Below, in pieces: positions 10,179 through 20,120 of a DNA stretch of 64,000 bases. The DNA is from a virus. How positions within the stretch are numbered: position 1 is the stretch's first letter; the number at the start of each line of letters is the position of its first letter. The position numbers and the translations under genes are program-made. The notes under the pieces are model-generated. The model was not told where the DNA came from. It was given only the letters and a program-made list of their open reading frames with translations, and did no database searches. The stretch covers positions 32,001 to 96,000 of the IMG/VR virus record IMGVR_UViG_3300028581_002181. One strand, 5' to 3'.

Positions 10179-11079
10179 AATTGCTATTAAAGATTGCGAT
10201 ATCGTATTTTTGAGCTATGATGAGCCCAATTGTGAAAAAAATTATGCAGCACTCAAACAAATAGTACCTTGGGCCAAACGAGTGCATGGTATACATGGAT
10301 CAGATGCTGCACACAAAGCCTGTGCTGCTGTGTCTGACACAGAATATTTTTTAACTGTGGACGGTGACACTCAAATTAATCCAAAAATATTAGATGTAAT
10401 ACTGGATTTGGATGCTATGGGCATGGACTCAAACTGGATATTCAGCTGGTGTGGACACATTAATGTGAACGGACTCAAATATGGCAATGGCAGTCTCAAA
10501 TTATGGACTAGAAAATTTGTGAATGAAATGAAAACACATGAAAATTACTCTGGTGCAGACAACAATGAAATAGAATTTTGTTATTTTAACAATTTATATC
10601 AGTTCAACGAAAATTACAGCACCAGTTACATTAACAACACACCCAAACAGGCATGGCGAGCTGGTTTTAGAGAAGGGGTAAAAATGAGTTTGAGTAAAAA
10701 TTATAGAATCAAACACATAAATGAACTGTGGTGGCAGAACTATCATAGATTGTTGATCTGGATGACTGTGGGTCAGGATCTGCAGAATGGTATTTGGGCT
10801 ATTGCAGGAGCTAGAGAAGGCTGTTATAGAGTACTTTGCACCATGTGGGACTATACACAGGTTAGAGATTTTAAAACATTAGAGCAATTATGGTTAAGTT
10901 TTAGTAATAATAATACTTGCAATGAAAAAGATGCCAAACAAAAAAGCATAATTTTAGGTAAAGAAATCAAAGATATTCATGCATTAGACTTTCCTATAGA
11001 ACCTTTCGACATTGATAACAGTAAATTTTTTAAAAAATTGTACCATAACCCACCCCGTACGATTAGAAAGACCATATAA
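10171..11079 (+). CDS. Glycosyltransferase-like protein (GT-A, DGD motif)
   Basis: DIVFLSYDEP...RVHGIHGSDAAHKACA...TVDGD...YGNGSLKLW...AWRAGFREGVK; paralog of the next ORF. Confidence 0.55.
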   Translation: MNKIAIKDCDIVFLSYDEPNCEKNYAALKQIVPWAKRVHGIHGSDAAHKACAAVSDTEYFLTVDGDTQINPKILDVILDLDAMGMDSNWIFSWCGHINVNGLKYGNGSLKLWTRKFVNEMKTHENYSGADNNEIEFCYFNNLYQFNENYSTSYINNTPKQAWRAGFREGVKMSLSKNYRIKHINELWWQNYHRLLIWMTVGQDLQNGIWAIAGAREGCYRVLCTMWDYTQVRDFKTLEQLWLSFSNNNTCNEKDAKQKSIILGKEIKDIHALDFPIEPFDIDNSKFFKKLYHNPPRTIRKTI

Positions 11080-11783
11080 TGTACGATATATTTTTTATCA
11101 GTTATAATGAAAGCCATGCTGACACAAATTATCTGCACTTAAAGAAAAGATTTCCACTAGCTCAGCGTGTGCATGGAATTAAAGGCATACATCAAGCACA
11201 TATAAAAGCAGCCACATTGAGTTTGACCAAAATGTTTTGGGTAGTAGATGCAGATGCAGTGATCAAAGATGATTTTCAGTTTGATTTTGTTGTGCCGGAC
11301 AAGTATCTTAATGCTGTGCATGTGTGGAGGAGTTCAAATCCCATCAATGAATTAGAATATGGCTATGGAGGTGTAAAATTATTGCCTAAAAGATTAACCA
11401 TGCAAATGGATACTAATAGAATAGACATGACCACCAGCATATCAGATGTTTTTTTTGCTAATGGACAAGTTTCTAATGTGACCATGTTTAACACAGATCC
11501 ATTCAACACATGGAAAAGTGCTTTTAGAGAGTGTGTCAAACTCAGCAGCAAAGTGATTGATCGTCAAGTGGACAAAGAAACTGAAAAAAGATTGTTGATT
11601 TGGTGCACAGTGGGTGCAGATCAGCCATACGGAGAGTATGCCATTGCTGGAGCCTTGGCAGGCAGAGTGTATGGCACAGACCACAGAAGTAATTCTGATG
11701 CTTTGAGAATGATCAACAATTTTGAATGGTTAAAATTAACATTTGTGGGACAGTTTCCACACATAGAAAAAGAAATATTATGA
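11079..11783 (+). CDS. Glycosyltransferase-like protein (GT-A, DAD motif)
   Basis: DIFFISYNE...RVHGIKGIHQAHIKAA...VVDADA...YGYGGVKL...WKSAFRECVK. Confidence 0.55.
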   Translation: MYDIFFISYNESHADTNYLHLKKRFPLAQRVHGIKGIHQAHIKAATLSLTKMFWVVDADAVIKDDFQFDFVVPDKYLNAVHVWRSSNPINELEYGYGGVKLLPKRLTMQMDTNRIDMTTSISDVFFANGQVSNVTMFNTDPFNTWKSAFRECVKLSSKVIDRQVDKETEKRLLIWCTVGADQPYGEYAIAGALAGRVYGTDHRSNSDALRMINNFEWLKLTFVGQFPHIEKEIL

Positions 11784-12781
11784 TAGACAGCAATATTCCA
11801 TTTGATAAAATCATAAACTTTGGTCAACGCACCATGCTGGACAGCAAATTATTTTCTGTGAGCTGGATCTTGGCTCGTTTTTGCAACTATGATTGTTCTT
11901 ACTGCTGGCCTTATGCCAAAAGCAAACAGAAAGATCACAGACCATTGTCAGTTTACACAGCAGTGGTGGATGAAATCAAACGTCAGGCCAGGTTGAATGG
12001 ATTCACTGACTATCATTTCAGTTTTTCAGGTGGAGAACCCACTGCCTACAAAGATTTTTTACAATTGGTACAGCACTACAGTGCTGATACTGCTCCTGAA
12101 TATCAGAGTATTCACATGACCACCAACCTTAGTCCTTCGGAAAAATGGTGGGAGCGATGGTTGGAAGCCACAAAAACATTGAACCGTCGCAGCATCACTG
12201 CCAGTTTTCATGCAGAATTTTCAGATGAACAAAAATTTGGAGATAAAATATTGTTATTGATGAAACACAATGTGTTTGTCACCATCAATCAAGTGATGGT
12301 GCCTGATAGATTCACAGAATACTATGACAGATGCGCAAGATTTAATTCCAGAGGCATCAATGTCACACTCAAACCACAGAGTGATCCCACTGCCAGTCAT
12401 GTGGTGGAGGGGTATACTTCGGATCAATTGAACACTTTGCAAACAGGTTTCCCTCAACGCATACAGGAAGGTGAAAATTACAAAGACTTGTTTCAAATTG
12501 AAATGCAGGATGCTCAAGGCAACAAGTATTACATGGATCAAGCAGAGCGATTTAATGCTTTTGGCTTCAACAAGTTTAAAGGATGGCACTGTAATGCCGG
12601 ATATCAAAGTTGTATCATCAGAGAACCAGGCGGAGAAGTCAAACGCAGTTACAGTTGTCATGATGAACCACTGGGCAGCATAGAACAAGGGTTCAAACTG
12701 TTTGACAAACCAAGAATTTGCATCACTCCCACTTGTGTGAGTTCAGCAGACTCAAAAATACCCAAGGCTAGACATGTATAG
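11780..12781 (+). CDS. Radical SAM protein with C-terminal twitch/SPASM-like Cys cluster
   Basis: CNYDCSYC, FSGGEPT, TTN, C-terminal CNAG...C...CITPTCV. Confidence 0.9.
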   Translation: MIDSNIPFDKIINFGQRTMLDSKLFSVSWILARFCNYDCSYCWPYAKSKQKDHRPLSVYTAVVDEIKRQARLNGFTDYHFSFSGGEPTAYKDFLQLVQHYSADTAPEYQSIHMTTNLSPSEKWWERWLEATKTLNRRSITASFHAEFSDEQKFGDKILLLMKHNVFVTINQVMVPDRFTEYYDRCARFNSRGINVTLKPQSDPTASHVVEGYTSDQLNTLQTGFPQRIQEGENYKDLFQIEMQDAQGNKYYMDQAERFNAFGFNKFKGWHCNAGYQSCIIREPGGEVKRSYSCHDEPLGSIEQGFKLFDKPRICITPTCVSSADSKIPKARHV

Positions 12782-13763
12782 ATACGAAGATATTAGAGAT
12801 ATTCATTTGGAAATCACCAGTAAGTGTCAAGCCAAGTGTCCCATGTGTCCTAGAAGAATCAGTGGAGGTCCTTTGAATCCGTTTATCAAGCTGGAAGAAA
12901 TAACTGTGGCACAATTCAAACAATGGTTTCCAGAAAAATTTGTTCAACAATTACACAGTTTGTTCATGTGTGGTAATTTGGGGGATCCAATCATATCCAA
13001 AGACACATTGGAAATATATCAGTATCTGCGTGAAGTGAATACTAATATTAGACTGGCCATGCACACCAACGGCAGTGCTAGAGATCCAGAATGGTGGAAG
13101 AGACTGGCACAGTTGAAGGTCAAAGTAACATTTGGTCTGGATGGTTTGAAAGATACCAATCATTTGTACAGGATCAGCACAGATTTTGACAAGATCATGC
13201 AGAACGCACAGGCATTCATCACAGCAGGTGGAGTGGCCAAATGGCACATGCTGGTGTTTGCTCACAATGAACATCAAATTGAACAAGCAAGAGCTATGAG
13301 CAAACAAATGGGCTTCGTGGATTTCTCAATCAAACACACTAGTAGATTCAAACAAGATTATTTACAAGTGATTGATGATGCGGGCAGACCCACACACAGA
13401 ATAAAGCCCACTCAAAACAGTTTGGACATGATACCACTAATTGAACAATCACAGAAAGAAGAAAAACCACATATTGTGTGCAAAGCACAAAAAGGTAAAC
13501 AAATCTATGTGAGTGCGTGTGGCAATGTATCACCTTGTTGCTGGTTGGATATGGAATGGATTCCTCCCATGCAAGAATCTAGAATTGATTACATGGAAAA
13601 AATTTCAGAATTTCCCAATCTGCATCGTCAAACGCTGGAGGAAATATTTGATAGCGGTTACTTTACCAAGATAGAAGCACAATGGGGTACAGTGGGATTG
13701 AAAGAATGCACCAAACAATGTGGTTCATTTGATAAACTAGGAGCACAATTTGTTGAAAATTAA
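12774..13763 (+). CDS. Radical SAM/SPASM-domain protein
   Basis: CQAKCPMC, GNLGDP, HTNG, C-terminal C...VSPCC...CTKQC. Confidence 0.88.
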   Translation: MYRYEDIRDIHLEITSKCQAKCPMCPRRISGGPLNPFIKLEEITVAQFKQWFPEKFVQQLHSLFMCGNLGDPIISKDTLEIYQYLREVNTNIRLAMHTNGSARDPEWWKRLAQLKVKVTFGLDGLKDTNHLYRISTDFDKIMQNAQAFITAGGVAKWHMLVFAHNEHQIEQARAMSKQMGFVDFSIKHTSRFKQDYLQVIDDAGRPTHRIKPTQNSLDMIPLIEQSQKEEKPHIVCKAQKGKQIYVSACGNVSPCCWLDMEWIPPMQESRIDYMEKISEFPNLHRQTLEEIFDSGYFTKIEAQWGTVGLKECTKQCGSFDKLGAQFVEN

Positions 13764-14358
13764 TATACAAGACGTTTTATTTTGGATGGATGCTATCAGA
13801 CAATCTGATGATAGATATCGCACACTGGAAAGTTTCTGGAAAGGTCAAATCAACAGCAAAGTATGGTTGATTGAACAATTAAAAAAATTACCTAGAGCAC
13901 ACAGTATGGATATTTTGATCTGTGGCGGATGGTATGGAGTGATGGCCACACTTTTATTCAACAGTGATCTGTATGTGAACCGAATAACCAGTATAGACAT
14001 AGACAGCAAGTGTGAACTCACAGCAAATACCATGAACAAACAGTATGAAATTGCTGGAAGATTCCGTGCTGTCACTCAAGACATGATGACTTATAAAGAT
14101 TATGATCGTTATGATATGATTATTAACACAGTGTGTGAGCATTTAACAACAGAACAATACAATGAATGGTTGAATTTAATACCCAAAGACAAAATTATTG
14201 TGTTGCAAAGCAATGACTACGTGATTCCTGAACATGTGAATCCCATGAAAGATTTAAATCAGTTTGTTTCACAAAGTAAACTGTATCCTATTGTAGAACC
14301 CAGTGAATTACAAACAGAGAAATACAAAAGATTTATGATTGTAGGAAAAAAACAATGA
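13750..14358 (+). CDS. Class I SAM-dependent methyltransferase-like protein
   Basis: Motif-I-like ILICGGWYG, acidic SIDID, INTVCEH. Confidence 0.65.
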   Translation: MLKINIQDVLFWMDAIRQSDDRYRTLESFWKGQINSKVWLIEQLKKLPRAHSMDILICGGWYGVMATLLFNSDLYVNRITSIDIDSKCELTANTMNKQYEIAGRFRAVTQDMMTYKDYDRYDMIINTVCEHLTTEQYNEWLNLIPKDKIIVLQSNDYVIPEHVNPMKDLNQFVSQSKLYPIVEPSELQTEKYKRFMIVGKKQ

Positions 14359-15023
14359 ACAATGAACAAATAACCAAACAAATATTAGAAAAATTTAAAA
14401 AAAAACAAATAGGTTGGTTACAACTGGATACTTCATTTGAAAATTACATTGATCATCAAGAATTATCTGCTGTGAATGCCTTTTACGTGGATCACAGAGA
14501 AGGAGAAAATCATAAAGGATGGCAAAGTTGTTGTGTGCATGGTTTGGGCATTACTAAAACTCAAGTGTCACAACAATATGGACATGTGGATGAGTTAAAT
14601 GCTCCTTATTATTGGACTGCTCTAACAAAATTAGCTCCAAAAGCTACTGAATTTTGGAAAAATTTTCCTGCAGAAAAATTTACTAGAGTTAGATTTATGA
14701 AATTAGCACCTAATGGATATGTAGGATTACACAATGATTCTCCAACCAACATGTTAGATAACATAGATTTGTTAAACTATCTATTACCTATTAATTTAAG
14801 CATTACTCATCCCAAAGATTGCATTATGGAAATAGAAAATCATGGAATAGTACCTTGGAAACCAGGCAGTGTATTTTTAATCAACATACTGAATAATCAC
14901 ACTGTAAAAAACAATAGTGCAGAAGATAGAATACACATGATTGCTCAAGCACACGTGGGTAATCAGCGTGAAAAATTTTGTGAATTAATTGCTAGGAGTG
15001 TAATAAAAAATGGTATACTTTGA
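14355..15023 (+). CDS. Fe(II)/2OG oxygenase (Asp/Asn beta-hydroxylase-like)
   Basis: RVRFMKLAP.G.VGLHND...HTVKN....RIH (HxD...H triad). Confidence 0.75.
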   Translation: MNNEQITKQILEKFKKKQIGWLQLDTSFENYIDHQELSAVNAFYVDHREGENHKGWQSCCVHGLGITKTQVSQQYGHVDELNAPYYWTALTKLAPKATEFWKNFPAEKFTRVRFMKLAPNGYVGLHNDSPTNMLDNIDLLNYLLPINLSITHPKDCIMEIENHGIVPWKPGSVFLINILNNHTVKNNSAEDRIHMIAQAHVGNQREKFCELIARSVIKNGIL

Positions 15024-16395
15024 TTCAGTTAACAAAAAATCAGATATAATTTTTATATGTGTGGACAACACACAGTTGATCCAAAATGATGAACATAGAA
15101 CAATTATAAAAAATATTGCTGATTACAGTATCAGCAACATCTGCAGCAAAGGTTATGATCTTATTAATACATTGGATGTGAACCAAGTCTTGCCAACAAT
15201 TACAAAAAAATATAGTCATGCCGTGGTGTTTGATGCAGATACAGAATTTTTAGGCTCTATTTTTTTTAATCAATTGACAGAATTGTGCTCAAAAGATTTT
15301 TTTTTAGCAGGTCATGTGTTGGATAGACATGAAGGGTATTTTGAATTACATTCACAATGTTATGTGATCAATTTAAAAAAATATGCCCAATACAATATGC
15401 CAAACATAACGCAAATTCAGATGAATGCCACACATGAACACTTGGAACCTATAAGAAGTGTGGAAAATTATCATGATGAGTATACTCCTTTATGGATTAA
15501 ATCAGGCACTGTAAAAAAACAATATCAGCACAAATGGCATGGCAATGAGATATTGAGTATGGCATTGGAAAATCAAGAGAATGTGTTGATATTTGATCCG
15601 ATCATACGCAATAGTAAACGTTGTTATTACGCTCAATATGAAGAAGATTTTATAAAAAACAGTGAATTTATACATGACCGATATAAATTTGCAAAAAATA
15701 AATTGTTCTATCCTATCAATACTGAAGAACCACAACAATTACAGATTGCAGGACCTATCATGCAGTTAATCACACCTGCCAGTGGATTGAACTGGCTGTT
15801 TTATTTGCACAAATATGGTTACACTGACAATACTTTGATATCTTTTTATGATCATAATGAAAATGCTTTGCGTTATATAAAAAATATTGTAGAAAAATTC
15901 AAAGGCAAAGATTATTATTCTTTTCTTAAATCAGTGATGCCCACAAATACAAACGATTGGATAAATTCTAAAGAAGAAATTGATTTACATTTTGATAAAA
16001 TCAAACATTTATGGCATATAGTAGAGCACTTACATTTCAGTTTTCATCACTGCGATATACTAAAAAATTTTAGTGTTCCTGTAATAAATGATCATAATAC
16101 AATAGTTAATCTAAGCAATGTCTTTTGCTATGAACCCAATGCGGCATTTGTCAGTCTTACACAAAGAATAAATGCAGAAAACAATTTAATAAATTATCTT
16201 AAAAAACACAAAGAAAAAATTAGTTTAATTTTATCAGACCATGCATGGTCTGGATTAGTGCATTACAACAAACTTACGGGGCGTGTGACTGATTTTATGG
16301 AACAAAAAGTAAATTCTTGTCTTAAAGCCACATGGTACATAAAAGATTTTGCACAAAATACACAACACTTAAATACAACAGGATTATATAAATGA
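15010..16395 (+). CDS. Hypothetical protein (two-domain, possibly GT-like N-terminus)
   Basis: 461-aa ORF translationally coupled within the island; VFDAD motif; no confident family. Confidence 0.5.
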   Translation: MVYFDSVNKKSDIIFICVDNTQLIQNDEHRTIIKNIADYSISNICSKGYDLINTLDVNQVLPTITKKYSHAVVFDADTEFLGSIFFNQLTELCSKDFFLAGHVLDRHEGYFELHSQCYVINLKKYAQYNMPNITQIQMNATHEHLEPIRSVENYHDEYTPLWIKSGTVKKQYQHKWHGNEILSMALENQENVLIFDPIIRNSKRCYYAQYEEDFIKNSEFIHDRYKFAKNKLFYPINTEEPQQLQIAGPIMQLITPASGLNWLFYLHKYGYTDNTLISFYDHNENALRYIKNIVEKFKGKDYYSFLKSVMPTNTNDWINSKEEIDLHFDKIKHLWHIVEHLHFSFHHCDILKNFSVPVINDHNTIVNLSNVFCYEPNAAFVSLTQRINAENNLINYLKKHKEKISLILSDHAWSGLVHYNKLTGRVTDFMEQKVNSCLKATWYIKDFAQNTQHLNTTGLYK

Positions 16396-17243
16396 CTCAA
16401 ACTGCTTACTATTCTGAAAAAAATTTAGAAACACATCGCCCAAGTCCATTAAGTGATCAAAAAATTAAGAATGAAATCACCAATGTACTCACTGGGGGAA
16501 TAGACAAAAATATAGACAAAGAGTTATGTGTTCAATTTATTCAAAAGTTTGAACAATATATTTTTTCTTCAACCATTAACAGATTCAAAGGCCATCTCAG
16601 TTTCCAAAGAAAAGACGTAATTTTAGGTTGCACGCAGTATATTGATAATCTCTACATGCAAGGCAATGTACAAGTGTTTGAAAATGATTACAGATATCAT
16701 GAAAGATTGGGTCGAGCACACATAATAAAAAAAATAGAAAATTTAAAAGAAACTGTACCATTGATAATCGCAATGCCATTTCCCAGCACAGGAGACATGA
16801 GAAAAGACATGCAATCTATTTTAAATCAAGCACTTATAAAAAATATTCCTGTACACATCGACGGAGCATGGATGTCATGTTGCAAAGATATTGAATTTGA
16901 TTTTGATCATCCAGCCATAGTGAGTTTTGCCAGCAGTTTAAGCAAAGGATTAGGACTAGGATGGAATAGAATTGGCGTAAGATGGCACAAAGATCAACAA
17001 GTTAATGATTCAATCAGTCTTATGAATGACTACAACATGGTGATCAAAGCTGCTGTTAAAATAGGCATGCATTTTATGCAAAAATTTCCAATGGATTATC
17101 TTTGGACAGAACATCAAGATCACTATAAAAAAATATGTAAAGATTTTAATCTATTAGAAACCAAATGTATACACCTAGCCATGAGTGGTAAAGGACCTTT
17201 GGGAGTATCTAAACTTATAAATTATTTGGAGACGCATGTCTAA
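16392..17243 (+). CDS. PLP-dependent fold-type-I enzyme-like protein
   Basis: VHIDGAW (PLP-binding Asp) and SSLSKGLGL (Schiff-base Lys), followed by RIG. Confidence 0.6.
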   Translation: MTQTAYYSEKNLETHRPSPLSDQKIKNEITNVLTGGIDKNIDKELCVQFIQKFEQYIFSSTINRFKGHLSFQRKDVILGCTQYIDNLYMQGNVQVFENDYRYHERLGRAHIIKKIENLKETVPLIIAMPFPSTGDMRKDMQSILNQALIKNIPVHIDGAWMSCCKDIEFDFDHPAIVSFASSLSKGLGLGWNRIGVRWHKDQQVNDSISLMNDYNMVIKAAVKIGMHFMQKFPMDYLWTEHQDHYKKICKDFNLLETKCIHLAMSGKGPLGVSKLINYLETHV

Positions 17244-17982
17244 TCTCAGTTTTTACAATATAGATAAGGTAGATATTCCATTTTCATATGATTGGAAAAA
17301 AATTTGTATCAGTATATCTGGAGGAGCTGACAGCGCACTGCTGGGGTATCTACTGGCAGATATTTTTCAAAAAAACAAATTAGATATTGAAATGCATGTG
17401 ATAAGTCACATAAGATGTTGGAAAACCAAACCTTGGCAGCGTGACAACAGCATGGCAGTGTACAAATGGCTGTGTGATAGATTTCCTAATATTACATTTA
17501 AAAGATATGAAAATTTCATTGCACCAGATCTAGAATATGCTCACACTGGTCCTAATCTCACTGATGAATACGGCAAGAAAGTTAGTGGTGATAACATAGA
17601 GATAAGAGCTTTTGCCGAATATGTGTGTGATCAAAATCAATGTGAAGCATATTACAATGGAGTTACTCGTAATCCTAGAAACATATCATTGGGCGGCATG
17701 CGTGAACGAGATATAGAGATTAATGAAGATAATAAACATTTACAGATTATGAGACACATGAACAAATGGGCATTGCATCCTTTAAGATTTGTAGAAAAAG
17801 ATTGGGTAGTACAACAGTATATGACACAAAACATACAGGATTTATTTGATATCACTAGAAGTTGTGAAGGAGAAATTCAAGGTATAAATCATACCAATTA
17901 CGTGAGTAATCAATATGTGCCAGAATGTGGTGAATGTTTTTGGTGTAAAGAAAGGAAGTGGGCCATTGAAAAAATTAAGTAA
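17236..17982 (+). CDS. QueC-like N-type ATP pyrophosphatase
   Basis: PP-loop SISGGADS; C-terminal TRSC...CGECFWCKER zinc motif as in QueC. Confidence 0.65.
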   Translation: MSNLSFYNIDKVDIPFSYDWKKICISISGGADSALLGYLLADIFQKNKLDIEMHVISHIRCWKTKPWQRDNSMAVYKWLCDRFPNITFKRYENFIAPDLEYAHTGPNLTDEYGKKVSGDNIEIRAFAEYVCDQNQCEAYYNGVTRNPRNISLGGMRERDIEINEDNKHLQIMRHMNKWALHPLRFVEKDWVVQQYMTQNIQDLFDITRSCEGEIQGINHTNYVSNQYVPECGECFWCKERKWAIEKIK

Positions 17983-19228
17983 AACATTTTGTATGCACCC
18001 ATTCACAGGACTAGCTACCAGAGAAGATGGTGCAGTAACGGCTTGTTGTCGCAGTCAACCGGTAGGTTATGTGGGCGAACAGACTTTAGAAGAAATATGG
18101 AATAATGACGCAATGAAACGTATACGAAAACAGGTACTAAATGGTGAACGCCCCAAAGAATGTGATGCATGTTTTAGACTGGAAGATCAAGGTGTAGAAA
18201 GTCTCAGACAAAGACATATCAGAGGCAATATACCTGAAGCACGTGTGAATCTTTATCCAGATGCGATGGAAAAACTAAAAGATGATTTTTCTATGCCTTT
18301 TGAAATTCCTACTATAGAATTAAAATTAAACAACCTTTGTAATCTTAAATGTCGCATGTGTCATCCTATGGATAGTACCAGCTGGAATGATTGGAGTGTG
18401 GTAAAAGAATTTTATAAAAAAGAAGGTAACATTATGTATGATATTGTGGAAAAACACAATTTAGAAACTAAACCTTTCTTAGACAAGTTTCAAGATGATC
18501 CAAAATGGTGGGCTAGTTTAGAAAAATTATTGCCTTACTTTCGCAGGGTAGAGTTTGCTGGAGGAGAACCACTAATGGATCCACAACACTATAGAATACT
18601 GGACATGTTGGCACCATATGGCCATCAAATAGAAATCAAATATGCCACCAATCTTAGCATGTTAGGCAAAGGTGATAGAACTATTTGGCAATACTGGCCT
18701 AAATTTAAAAGTGTGGCGGTGAATGTCAGCATAGACGGCATTGATTCTAACTACGAATATATTAGAGGCAATGCATCTTGGTCGGAATTAATAAACAATA
18801 TAAAACAAATACAAACTATACCAAACATCAGTAGGATAGTGGGTGCAGTGACAGTACAAGTCAGTAATGTGCTGGTTTTGGATAAAATTATAGAATATTT
18901 TCTCGATGATATAGGCATTGTGTTTCACAGTCATAGAGTTGAATATCCTAAAGTCTTGTCAGTACAAGTGTTGCCTCGCAAATTAAAAGATACAGTAATA
19001 GATAGATTAAAAACAGTGAGCCATAAAATAAAAGATTTTAAAATGATCAAACAAAATCCTAAATTATTAGCATACACATTGGGTCAAATTCAAGACAATA
19101 TAAATTATATCAATGCTGTGGATCAAAGTAAACTTTGGCCAGATTGCGTAGAGTTCAATCGTAGATTAGACCAGACACGTAATCAATCTTTTGAAACAGT
19201 GACTCCAGAATTTAAAGATTATGTATAA
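17966..19228 (+). CDS. Radical SAM protein with N-terminal twitch domain
   Basis: FCMHPF...ACC...C..C before CNLKCRMC; FAGGEP; probable TTG start at 17966 (ORF open from 17915). Confidence 0.85.
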   Translation: MKKLSKTFCMHPFTGLATREDGAVTACCRSQPVGYVGEQTLEEIWNNDAMKRIRKQVLNGERPKECDACFRLEDQGVESLRQRHIRGNIPEARVNLYPDAMEKLKDDFSMPFEIPTIELKLNNLCNLKCRMCHPMDSTSWNDWSVVKEFYKKEGNIMYDIVEKHNLETKPFLDKFQDDPKWWASLEKLLPYFRRVEFAGGEPLMDPQHYRILDMLAPYGHQIEIKYATNLSMLGKGDRTIWQYWPKFKSVAVNVSIDGIDSNYEYIRGNASWSELINNIKQIQTIPNISRIVGAVTVQVSNVLVLDKIIEYFLDDIGIVFHSHRVEYPKVLSVQVLPRKLKDTVIDRLKTVSHKIKDFKMIKQNPKLLAYTLGQIQDNINYINAVDQSKLWPDCVEFNRRLDQTRNQSFETVTPEFKDYV

Positions 19229-20120
19229 AATAACCAGCAGTTGGCCTCATCAGGATCAAATCAAAGTGGAATGGAATCTTGGCAAGCGTTGCAATCTTGA
19301 TTGTACCTATTGTCCTGCAGAGATTCATGACAATCACAGCAAACATACTGATATAGCAATGCTCAAATCCACTGTGGATGTATTGTCGCAATTGGGTAAA
19401 ATACGCATCAGTCTCACAGGAGGGGAGCCTTGTGTGCATCCTCACATTGAAGAATTACTAGTTCATATGAAACAAATGAAAATAGGTTGGATCAATGTCA
19501 CCACCAATGGTACCAGAACTGTGGAATTCTATCAAAATATTTTGGAAAATTATATCAATCACATTGTGTTCAGTGTGCATTTCGAATCTGATTGGTGGAA
19601 GGTCATAAACACGATTATAAAGGTTTATAAGCAGTCCACCAACAAAAATGTTCTAGTACACATGATGATGCTGCCAGGACGTTTAAAAGACGTTAAAGAC
19701 GCTTGCAAGGCTCTTTTAGAACACAACATATCCTATGCATTAAGACCCATACGTTGGACCAAAACACATGATGATTTTGAAGACATGATACATTACAGTG
19801 AAGAAGAAAAAGAATTTTTGGCAGTAAGCAATCATACTCCACCAAAAAATATTTTGGTAGACGACACAGTGAGTTGCAACGTGAATGATTTGCTGATCAA
19901 TAAAACCAATCAATTTAAAGGATGGAGTTGCATGGCTGGAGTGGAAAGTCTCATGATCAATTGGGATGGTGCCGTGCATCGAGCCACCTGTAGAGTGGGT
20001 GGCAATTTGGGCAACATCTATCATGGTAAGTTTGAAATGCCCAAAGATCCCATTATCTGCACTAGAAATTGGTGTACCTGCGCAGCAGATATAGCAATAA
20101 CTAAAAATAAAAATTATTAA
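19221..20120 (+). CDS. Radical SAM protein with C-terminal Cys cluster
   Basis: CNLDCTYC, LTGGEP, TTNG, CMAG...ATC...CTRNWCTC. Confidence 0.9.
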   Translation: MYKITSSWPHQDQIKVEWNLGKRCNLDCTYCPAEIHDNHSKHTDIAMLKSTVDVLSQLGKIRISLTGGEPCVHPHIEELLVHMKQMKIGWINVTTNGTRTVEFYQNILENYINHIVFSVHFESDWWKVINTIIKVYKQSTNKNVLVHMMMLPGRLKDVKDACKALLEHNISYALRPIRWTKTHDDFEDMIHYSEEEKEFLAVSNHTPPKNILVDDTVSCNVNDLLINKTNQFKGWSCMAGVESLMINWDGAVHRATCRVGGNLGNIYHGKFEMPKDPIICTRNWCTCAADIAITKNKNY

